This document shows positions 38,401-49,100 of a stretch of DNA of 64,000 nucleotides, piece after piece. The position numbers were made by a program, and so were the translations under genes. Numbering within the stretch: position 1 is the first letter of the stretch; each line of letters starts with the position of its first letter. The notes below the pieces were generated by a model. That model saw only the letters and a program-made list of their open reading frames with translations. It did not search any database and was not told the origin of the DNA. Source of the DNA: Lingula anatina (lineage: Eukaryota > Animalia > Brachiopoda); NCBI GenBank assembly GCA_051362555.1, contig CM120641.1:45390401-45454400 (forward strand). The letters run 5' to 3'.

Positions 38401-41400
38401 GTGAATACAACTTGTTGTGCAGATCACTGTAATTCTACCAAACTTAAGAAAAAAACACTAGAAAAATAACTGTGGATAAATTCTGTCTGCTGTTATTTGT
38501 TGCCTTCCCATATACCTCACTGCCATTATTTCTGACCCCACTCTCCAAATCCTTCAAAATCTTGCTCGATTTTATGCCAAATTGTAAGACAGGGCTATCT
38601 GGAATGATTTCCATATTATTTCCATTAAATCCTCATTTCAGGTACAACTCTGTGTTTGGACTATCTGGGATGATTTCCATATTATTTCCATTAAATCCTC
38701 ATTTCAGCTCCAACTCTTGAGCACTGAGGATACCCCGGCGGTGGGCCACCTGGTCCAGGATCACCTCTGCAGGGCCATTCAGCACATCCTCAGTGATGGC
38801 CTCAAACCTGAACTCCTCAGTCTCTTTGGAAAGGTGAAAAACAGTGAGTGGAGGGTGGTGGAGGCTTCCACTGAACTGGGTAATGGTCCTTTCTACTGCT
38901 TATTGCACTGAGTAACTGTCTGCACATAGGTGAATGATATAAAGATTATGGTTAATGGATAATTAATCTAGAATAATGAAAGACGTCCATTTGTCCAATC
39001 TTACTGTAGTAACTTTTTACTAGTTCAATGTAATGGTCTTTCTCCTGCTTTTGCATTATGTTACTGTCTGCACAAAAATAAATGATCTATAGACTATGGA
39101 TATTGGTCAATTAATCTAAAACAATGGAAGAATATTTCCATTAGTCCAATCTTACAAGTAACTTTTTACAAGTCCAATTCCAAGTCTACTTGTTGGTTGT
39201 CTAGACCAGTGCCCAACCTAATAGACTGGAATAAGGTTAATTTGTTATTAAGCTGTATCACCTAGCTGTTTTTGCTACGGACAAGTTCAGTTACGGACCA
39301 ACACTTCTACACTGGCAAGATGAAGTTTGAGTTAATTTTACATTATGCCTTCTTCTTTTCCAGGTCCTTCAACTAAAGCTTTGCATGAGCTTGTTCAGAG
39401 ACTTGAGACTTTGACATATTTGTCAACAACACAGACGAAGTTGGATGCTTTTATCTTTGGCCTACTCAAGTAAGTCTTCAATCTCTAATATATATATAAA
39501 CAGTGAACACAGTTTTTTTTGTATTATAAGAAGTACACACTGTCACATGGTATACATACCAGAAAATTTACTTGATTTTATAGGATTTTAATTGATTCTA
39601 ATTGATTTTAATTATTTATATATAAATTTACCAAGATGATGTAAAAGTATGCATAATATCATTAAATTCCTTAGGCTAAACTGAACTTAATAATGGTCTT
39701 ATTTTAACATTTAGATTTTATTCTGAACATGTAATTTTACCAAGGTGATATATTTTTTTTCATATTTAACATCATTATTCTCTTCTTTGCAGTCTCAGGG
39801 CTCTAGGCTACTGGCTGAAACATCTACAGGGCCAGGAGAAAGGGATTGTCAAGCACTACTTAAAGGATGCCTTTCTGTTTCTCAGTCTTTCCTCCGAGCA
39901 GCAAAATTTTCAAGATGTGATCACTGCTGTCAAGCCACTCAGTTCTTTGCCTTTTCACTTGGAATACACTGCTGTTTATGCAGAAAAGCATGATGATCTT
40001 CCAGAGATTAAAACTCCTAAGGAAGTGATAATGCCCAGTGGCTCGCCTAAAAGAGCAACAGGGACGTCAAGTCCGAAAAAGAACAGACCACACAGTTATC
40101 CAGATAATCCGCTTGACAGAAGGCGTCGAGTGCATCAGGAATTTAGAAGGTCTCTTTCCACTAGCACGGAATCACAGGAGAGTCAGAGCGAATATTCCAG
40201 TTTACCACAGGGTTTAGATAGTTCTTATGCAAGCAGTGTAGAGCGACAGAGGCCAGGGTGGTTTAGAACCCTTATGACTAATTCATTTGGTGGGTTCCTT
40301 GGCAGTAAAAAAGCTAACAAAGACAAAGGAATGACACGGCACAACTCTGATAATTTTCCACGTGTTTCAAATAGTCCAAAAAGAAACTTGGCAGAGGGCA
40401 AAAGAGAGCTCACAGAGAATTCACAAAAGGTGTCACTTGAAGGTAGTCTTCGAGTGGGATCAGAGCAATCTTCATGTTTGCGGGACAGAAATGATAAGTC
40501 CGATATAGAGACCCCAGGACATAATGAAGCTCAGACAGGATCCATTAGTCATCAAGCATCAGGGGCGCCGAGGAATTATGATTCTCTCTCATCGGAAAAA
40601 TCAATAGCTTCCTCTCCCAAGAGAGATAATGTGTCCAATAAGATGGAAAATAGAAATAGCCTGAGAAATAAAGCAAAGCAAGTTCAGAAGATTATTGACA
40701 ACAATGAGATTGTTACAAAGGAATATGAAGAGAAGTGTGCCACAGAAGAGAACAAAGTAGGGTTTCTGCGTAGGATTTCTAGGAAAATATCTTCAGTCAC
40801 GCAGAAAGCTGCATACAAGAAGGGCATCACAGAATACAGCTTTGACAACCAGGGGAACGTGGTTCAGAACAACTGCAATAATAACAACAACAATGTTGAG
40901 AGAGGTGTGTCTGAGAATACTGTAGCTAATATTAACGAAGAACGTAAAAACGATGATGTAGATGATGGTGTGGATGTTGATGATGGCTATGGGGATGAGG
41001 AAGGGGATAGCAGTGAAACAATAGTCAACACCACCAGTTCAGAATCTCCAGAGACTCCCCAAACATGTAAACTGCCATTTGCATGCGCAGAATCAGGAAA
41101 AAGTCACCATAAATCCCAAAGTGTCTCATCACAATCCGCAGCAAATGAATATCCCACCAGGTACCCTGAAATATCTGCTGATGATTCTAGCAAAGAGGTC
41201 AGCCCAGCCAAATCCAGATTCAGTTGGAATAAATTTGGCTCAGGATTGATTCGAGCTTTTGACAAGGTATTTGCTAATGAAAAAAGCCCCAAGTCAAAAG
41301 ACTCACTTCTTGCAAGAAGGAGGACTCGGAGTGAAACACAAGTAAATGTTGCTCTTGATTCAAAGGAGGTAGAACAGCAGTTCGTACTTAAGAAGGGTGT

Positions 41401-42738
41401 GTCAGTGCCAGGAATCATGCCGATGATAGAGAAGAGAAAGCAAGTTGATAAATCTTACAGCTCTGAGAGATTTAGCTCAGGTAGTGATTCCATTTACCAT
41501 TCAGCACAGGGAGCAAGTAGTTATAACCTCAATGCAGAAACTGAAACTGATCCAGAGACCTGTGAGGAATATGCTTATCTTGATAGTTCCCTGTCATCTG
41601 GCTCTAGTGGCTTTGAGAATTCTGGGAGGAGAAAAAAGAATGCAGAAAACCTCATGGCAGAAATTGATGAACAAGAAGTAAGGTAGCTACAATATGCACT
41701 AGGTTTTAGTGTTTTTTATATGTTTTTTATATGTGATAACTCTCCTAATGGTGTTGATTTTTTTTATTTTCTTAGTGTGTGGCCTGCTGATTTTCCTTTT
41801 GTGCTCTTTGGTTTGTGTTGTTTAAATTTTCACAAATTATTCAGTTAGATAAAATAAGCTTGGTGTTATTTATTTTTTGTAATTTAGTTGACATTACACT
41901 AAATTGAGTAAATTTTGTTATTTTTGACGTTACTGTTTTTTACCTGAATGTGTTCTGTTATTTGTTTATTTGTTAGGCCTGTGACCATGCTGTTGTTTTG
42001 ACCATATGCAGATGACCCCTTACATGTTATGAATCTTGGTATGCCAGCAGTACTCAATGAAAATTCTGTTTAAATTGTTTTTAAATTGTTTTTTGAGTTA
42101 TTAAGCTCTTTAATCCGAACATTGCAGTTATTTTGAAGCAGTGGCTTGCAGTTGTTCAGCATTCTATATCTCATTTTTAGAATTAAAATATTTTGCACTG
42201 TTTAATTTTAAATATAAAGGAGTACTTAGTAATACTGTAAAAAGAGTAGAATCACAAATGTCAGAAAACAGAATACAGCTGTCTTTCTAAATGAAAAGAT
42301 GAAAGTGGTGATTTAATAATAAGCAAATGCATCTCGTGAATTGAATTGATAGTTCTCACCACTTAGTGATATAAATTTCTTTTGTAACATTATTCCTGGC
42401 ACTTTAGGCATGTAATATCTTCGTAGGCATATTTAAGAAATCACATAGATCGTATGTTTTATTAGGTGAACACTAATGCAGACAAAGTCAGTAATTAAAT
42501 AATTTCATTGTGCTATAATTTTAGGTATGTGCGAGCCCTGTGTGATCACTATGAAGAATATGACAGTTTCCTGAGTTTTGAAGAGAGTGATTTCTTGGAA
42601 CTAGTGGAAGAAATGGATGCTGAGTGGTTGATTTGTAGGATGAATCTCAATGTTGGACTGGTCAACGTGAAGATGGTGGAAAAGTACACCCTCTTTGACA
42701 TTTTCATGTATCTTCATGGGGATTTCTATACTTTTTAA
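30341..42738 (+). CDS. RUSC2: RUN and SH3 domain-containing protein (RUSC1/RUSC2, iporin-like); start codon not resolved
   Basis: Phase-consistent exons 30341-35201, 35704-35967, 37359-37435, 38708-38879, 39364-39469, 39793-41682, 42525-42738 (TAA). The RUN domain ILQHFSRAKDPVQK|LQL...VGHLVQDHLCRAIQHILSDGLK...WRVVEASTELG|PSTKALH...AFIFGLLN|LRALGYW resembles RUSC2. C-terminal SH3: YVRALCDH...LSFEESD...EWL. Confidence 0.88.
35385..35474. repeat. (ACT/ACC)n trinucleotide microsatellite
   Basis: Intronic tandem ACT run. Confidence 0.9.
38592..38717 (+). repeat. 66-bp tandem duplication spanning a 3' splice site
   Basis: CTATCTGG(A/G)ATGATTTCCATATTATTTCCATTAAATCCTCATTTCAG occurs twice, ending at 38641 and 38707. 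Confidence 0.9.
38880..39178 (+). repeat. About 150-bp diverged tandem duplication starting at a 5' splice site
   Basis: GTAATGGTC...ACTGTCTGCACA...AATTAATCTA...GTCCAATCTTAC...GTAACTTTTTAC is repeated from 38880 and from 39030. Confidence 0.8.
42525..42738 (+). CDS. Terminal SH3-domain exon of the RUSC-like gene
   Basis: Acceptor ttttag at 42524, SH3 motifs, TAA stop. Confidence 0.85.
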
Positions 42739-44293
42739 TCACTGCTACCAGGTAGCAGTTTCTCTGAATTTATTATAGCTCTTGCTTATTAATGTCATTA
42801 GGCAAGTATTCACTAACATGAAATATATTGAGATTTAAATGTGTTTGGAGAATGAATGTCTTCTAATCATAAATAACAGTAAATATTTAGTCATATTACA
42901 TGCAATAGACAATTTTAGCCAAGAAGAAGAGACTAGTATTACTCATTCATATTTATAGCTCACAGCTCTTTATTGTTGCAGTCGTTTGCATACAAGATGT
43001 AAGGTATGTGTAGCTTACATATGGAGGTTAATACAATGTTTGTAATGTATGGTTAATAGATTTAAGAGAAATTGTTTTTTATATTATCCAAATTTAGATG
43101 ATTATCAATGTGCAAAAAGCTCTAAGTCAGCTTATTTTAAATTAATTGTTTTTGGCTTGGCAGTAATTATGTCAAAGGTAGTTTTTGTAACATGCTTTTT
43201 ATCAGTGTTGTGTTAAAGATAAAATGGAGCACCCAGATATTTATTAAATGATGACTGTCACTGTAAAATATGTGCCAACATATGTATTATGTACTTTAAT
43301 TTGTTCCAATTGTGTGCCATTAAACTATAAATGTTAAGCTTTAATGATAGGAAAATACAGGTAAATAAAGTGCAATATATTTAAATGTTTCACAAAGCAT
43401 TGCTTGTACGGAAATGTATATAGGGAAAATGTGTCATGAAATTGTTTAATTGAAAAAGCAGCACAAGTGGATTCGAGTTGTCTGAAATGTGCTTTTTACT
43501 CTGAAAAACACATTTCATAACATATTCTAAGGATAGCTTTGTCAATTTATATATGGAAAGGGATTTTTTTTTTTCGCTTTATGTTTTATTGTCAAATTTA
43601 AGATCTCATGATTATTTACAAAGCACAAATTGTTGTTGCAGCTTCAGTTTTATTGATATTTGTTACTTCTGGGCAGGATGCAATGGACTTTTTGGTTATA
43701 TTTTACAGTAACATTCTTTTTTTAAGTTATATTTTTTGCTTTACTCAAGAGTCTGTTTTTACTTTTAAATATTAACACTTTTGTGTGATTTTATATTTAT
43801 TTATTGAGTTCATAGCCTCTGTTTTTTTATGAAGCTGAATTACCAGAAATATATACAATTATGTTAGAGAATTCATAAAATACTAGCTCTTGTACCCTGA
43901 AAAGTATAAAACAGAAGAATATAAAGAAATGAATTGATGATAAGAGTTATACACAACAGGCATTTTTAAGTCATTCATTTTTACTATTTATCATTATTAT
44001 CTATTTATGGCTTCCTTAGTGAGAAAAATGAAATCCATTTCAAGCAAGACTAATTCATATATAAATTAAATTATGGAGTTTAACCTTAGCTATGTCTTTT
44101 TATGTTTTATTCTAGACTAGTTTTGTGCATGTCCACCATGCCGTGTTTGTAAATCGTATTCTTTTTTATCATCTTTTAAAAACCTGCTCACATAAGTAGG
44201 GAGTGTTTGGTACAAATGTGAGCTCTAAGTGCAAACCCTGCCTATGTACTGTATATGTCACGTTTCAGTGTTGATTTGAAAAATTATTAGTAG

Positions 44294-44390
44294 AATAAAC
44301 CATGAGCTTGTAGTATAGATATTTCTTTCTATGAATAAAGGTGTAATTATAATTCAGCGCATTTTTTGTTTTATTTTGTTTTGTTTCTTT
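44294..44390 (+). terminator. Candidate polyadenylation signals of the RUSC-like gene
   Basis: AATAAA at 44294 and 44334 followed by a T/GT-rich tract. Confidence 0.45.
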
Positions 44391-45645
44391 AAAAATCCAT
44401 TTAAAAACCGGTGAAAAACAACGAACTCAAACAACAGTGAACTCCTCACAATCGCCCTTATCTAAAGTTTGGAAGGCAGCAGACCTAGTTAAAATTGCGT
44501 TAGAGAAGATTGCTTGTTATTGACACTTGGGAATTATGGGATGCATTTTTCCATGCTGCTTCCTGCTCGTGGCTAGCGGGAAAGACAAACAAGGTGAATT
44601 ATTTGCCGTTAATTAAGGCTGTTTCAATCAAAGTGAATATGCCTTGGTGGGCGTATGCTTGTTTGTTGATAATCTGTTGTGTATTTGTCATTTTTTGATC
44701 ACGAAATTATGTAGATCGCTAAATAGCCGGGTGGAATCGTTGTCTTGTGTCTGCAACCACGTGGACTCTGGGGGAAAGTGAAATTGATCGAAAAGTTTGT
44801 CTTAGTTCAAGCTTTTCTTAAGTTGAATGGATTCGAAGTATGGGATGTTATATACATTGCAAGACATGCATACACATGGTAGTATGTTTGATGAGTAATG
44901 AGATGTGTGTTATCAGGCAAGTAGAACAAAAGCTGAAAATATTTTGCTCATACCGGTATATACTGTATTAATTGTGTATGGCTTACAAACCAGGTGCCCT
45001 TGCACCGGTAATGTTAAAGTGCATATCGATCATTGTCCTGAAACATTGATGGAAAACTTAGACAGATGTATGAAACAGACTTCTGCATTTATTTTAAAAT
45101 CATTGGCGTAGTTTTAAAATTATTATCGACTTGCTTAACAGAGTACTTCTCAATACCTTAGGCTGCAACAGTATACGGCACGCTTGACATACTTAAAATG
45201 CTGGAATACATCTTAAAGTGGATTAAGTTTTCTCTCTCTAGCACTTTTGTTATAAATTTTATACATTCACCTTTAACCCTCAAAATATAATTGTTGATAT
45301 TGCGCTAAAACTGGGAGCAAAACCACACAGTACACGATGTCAAAGTGTGATATTATCTACATCCCTGCATCTTTTAACTCCTCCAAACTGATAGTTTCCT
45401 GTGTTGTTAATCCCTCTCATCAGTTTCTGAGTGACTATTCTTCATTGACTTTCGGCTTTGTCCCTTCACAATGGATATTAGCTTCTACCTAGAACTGGTA
45501 CATCGTTCCTGCATTTTGTCCTCTAGTCCTATCTCCTGTATATCCTCTTTTTTAGCCGCCATGAACCTTTTCCTCTGCCTCTCTTGTTTTCTCTTCTTTA
45601 CTGGTTTCATAGCCAGCATTTTGAATTTTTGAGACTTGGCTCTTA

Positions 45646-46191
45646 GAGCGCATTCTCAACGAATTAAGCCAGGCTTTACAAAGCCGGTGACCTAAAAATG
45701 GCTGACGTACATGAAAGAAAAAACGCCTAATCTTTTAATAGTCTCTCCGCCTTTCACACGCCTCCCCACACGTCGTCCCTGCGGGGTACAGTAATTAAAT
45801 CTCGGCTCCGAACATCAATATTTCCGTGAATATCTCTGGTGATATTATCTCCGTAGATAGTCGATTCATTGCTGTTCTACGGGCCAAATTATTCCTTTTT
45901 CGTCTCTGTTTTCAAAGATAATAGAACAGAAGAGCTTTTTTCCTTCGATCGCCTTCAGCCGCCATGCTTTCTTCACCACGAGTTTAACTGATGAGCATGC
46001 GCACTTAATATTTCTCAGGTAGCTTCCGCATGGCGAACGGAGATGCGATTTAATTACTGTACCCCGCAGGGACGACGTGTGGGGAGGCGGAGAGACTATT
46101 AAAAGATTAGGCGGTTTTTCTTTCATGTACGTCCGCCATTTTTAGGTCACCGGCTTTGTAAAGCCTGGCTTACTTCGTTGAGAATGCGCTC
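45646..46191. mobile_element. PIF/Harbinger (Tourist)-type MITE
   Basis: About 150-bp TIRs GAGCGCATTCTCAACGAA...TTCGTTGAGAATGCGCTC with TTA TSD; related to 26434-26722. Confidence 0.9.
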
Positions 46192-49100
46192 TTAGGTTTA
46201 CAGTAAATTAAGAATGTTTTACATGTCACACTTGTTACTACTGGGGAAGAACGATGGAGGGAAGTAGATGGTATGTAACTTTCTATTTATGTAGCCCACA
46301 TTGTGAATCTCCCTTGCACTATTATCATATTACTGGCATCAATACTCTTCCACAGTGATTCTCCCCCATAACATTACTCCTGCTTCATTGTTTTTTGAGG
46401 GACAAGTTAAACATTTGATCACTTGGGAGTAACATTGAAGGGTATACATAATAGGGATGTGGAGGAGTAATGATGATTGATGTGGGGACTTCGAAGTTGC
46501 ACACTGTTTGCTGTTGATAAAGTTGGAAATATATGAATTAAGATCTGTCAATACATCAGTAGCAAAACCATCTTTGGAGATGTTCTGAAATTCTTCCGTT
46601 TTCTTGAAAAAGAGATACACAGGGTCGACAAAATGATAGCAAGATTCAGTTTGGGATTCAGAAAAACAAAAAGAATTAGAATATAAAATTCTTGATCTAT
46701 TTAGAATATAGTTTGTAATGAAGTTGGTAGAAAAATGTCACAGTAATAAAAAAGCCCTGAAGAACTTGTAAAAATTTCTACTTTCAAATTCTGTAATTTG
46801 CACTCGTTTCAGTAAAATTATATAAATACATGTACATCTCAAACTAAGTTAAATCACTCCTTGCATTAGTTTTAAGTTTCCTTATGATAGAGAAGATATT
46901 AAAGCAAAAAAAAAAAAAAAAACTGAATTTTGATATTTAAAGGGTTTTAGTGTAAATTTTTCACAGAATGAGGTTTGAGTTGAGGAACATTGCATCATAG
47001 TTTGAGACGATATATATTAAGAAAGTTACATTAAAAAAAAAGAGTTTTGGAACAGTTTTGATCAGATATAGAGCTTTAAGAGGAAATTTGTTTTATCTTT
47101 TCAATCATATTTTGGAATACAGGACACATAAAGTTACGCAATTGGAGAAAATATTGCAGCAGAAATCATACTTGACATTAGTCTTGTTTTTGACAGAAAA
47201 TGTTACTCTTCAGAGTTAATAGACAGAGACCATTTATAAAGAAGTACAGAAAAAGAAAGATGTAAAAGCATATCGATGCCAGTAACATGATCATATTGCA
47301 AGGGTGAGTAACAATGTGGGCTAAGTAATTTTATAATACCCCCATTTTATAAGTAACAGCAACCAAAAAAAAAAAAAAAAAAAAATCACTCAGTGCAAGA
47401 TTGTGTGTTTTCATAAATGCTGTAGAAAAATGACAAAAATATAATATTGTGTGTTGTTGGGAAGAGGAAGAATATCTTGTAGATTTTTTTTTTTTTTTTG
47501 CTTTGGCAATTTATGAGAAATATGACAAAAAGGCTTCCAAAGTTAAACTGCACTAAGTCAGTGTTTTGTTCATAGTTTTCAGTTGAATGACAGAATAAGA
47601 AAAAACCAAGTATTCATTTTTATTCCCATAGTCTATTATTGGGCTATGACAAGTTAATTAAAGAGCTGTAGAAACATGCAACCATTTGTAAAAATAGTTC
47701 GTTAAATTGTGAAAGTTAAATGTTAAGTGACAGAAAACAAGCCGTCTTGAAGTGAAAACATCATAAGGTTCAGTGCTCAATTTTACCATAGTTATTCACT
47801 GTAGTTACTGCAATTGCTGAAGGCTTAGTCACTGTGGTAAGTTCTGAATTCTCGTTCTCCAACTCTGTTGCATGAATTGTTCATCTTTCACTAATATCTT
47901 GATAATGTTTGATGTTAGTTTGTCTTTACGAATCGAGACAATTTCAGTTTGTTGATCTCTCTTTGTTTTCCATGATTCAATGAAACTACTCCATTATTTA
48001 ACCAGGTACTGTTATATTGAAGATACATTTACAAATATTGTAATTGGTGCATAGGCCTGTTCAAGCATGGCACATTTTATCTGTGTCGGATTAAGTTCAA
48101 ATTTCTGTTCCCATTTGAAACATCAACATTTTATCAAAATAAAAGTGAGTAGATTTTGCATAGACTTACAGTAGTTTTTGTTTTAATTAGTACCATTCTT
48201 CTGATTGGATCAAAACAGAAGTTAGTTTGATATACTGAAGTAAGAAAGTATATTCTCACTTGTGTTTTTACTGAAACTAAGAAAATGAAAGTCTCTGATT
48301 GTGAGTCATTGCCAATGTATGTTGCAATTCTGTAACAGATAAACACCTTGAGAGAGCTGAGAATTGAATTTCCAAGCAGTATTTAAAAGGGGCTAAAATT
48401 TGGCAGCTATTTTCTTGACAGCCGGTAAGATGGTATAATTAACATAAAAAAGGCAGTCATTTGTCATAGAAGCCTCTTATCTTTATTCACAAATCAGTAT
48501 GATCCAACAAACCCCTCAGGAACATTATGTGACAAAGAAAGTCTTTAATGTCGCAAGTGTTGAATGAAGGGAAAAAATCAACATGGAGTACATGAGAAAA
48601 TTTGGAACATGGGGTCCCCTTCGCTCCATGTCATCACAGCTTTCTCGAGTACATTTGATAAGCAAACATCGATGTGGGGCCCCCAGCAAGTTTGACCAGG
48701 TTCAAATTTTCATGCTTGGTGATTATATGTAAAATAATACAATTTCTTATCTAAACACGTCCACATGTAACAGGTCCCTAGCCTTAAGAATGCTGTAATA
48801 AAGGATGTTTATTTCATGTTCAAGGTATTGTTTTCATTTTGGTAGGAAAATATTATGCCGGCATATTTGGTATCATATTCTTGATCACGAGCTTGCCTGT
48901 GGCTCTTTGAAATATTGAAGGGGGTGGAAGGCTTGGGGTTATGACACGGTCTTTGATTGCCGAAACGAATCTAAAGCCTGGCAGAATTGGAAATTGTAAA
49001 GAATTTGTAAGCCTGATTGTGTTTTTTGTACCTGAAGGTTTACGGCAAGATTAAATAGAAATGGATACCAACATGGTTGAATAAGACTAGAGTAAAAAAA

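Noticed and set aside
45866-46126. 86-aa ORF inside the MITE as a possible transposase
   Set aside because: No DDE or DNA-binding motif; it largely overlaps the TIR.
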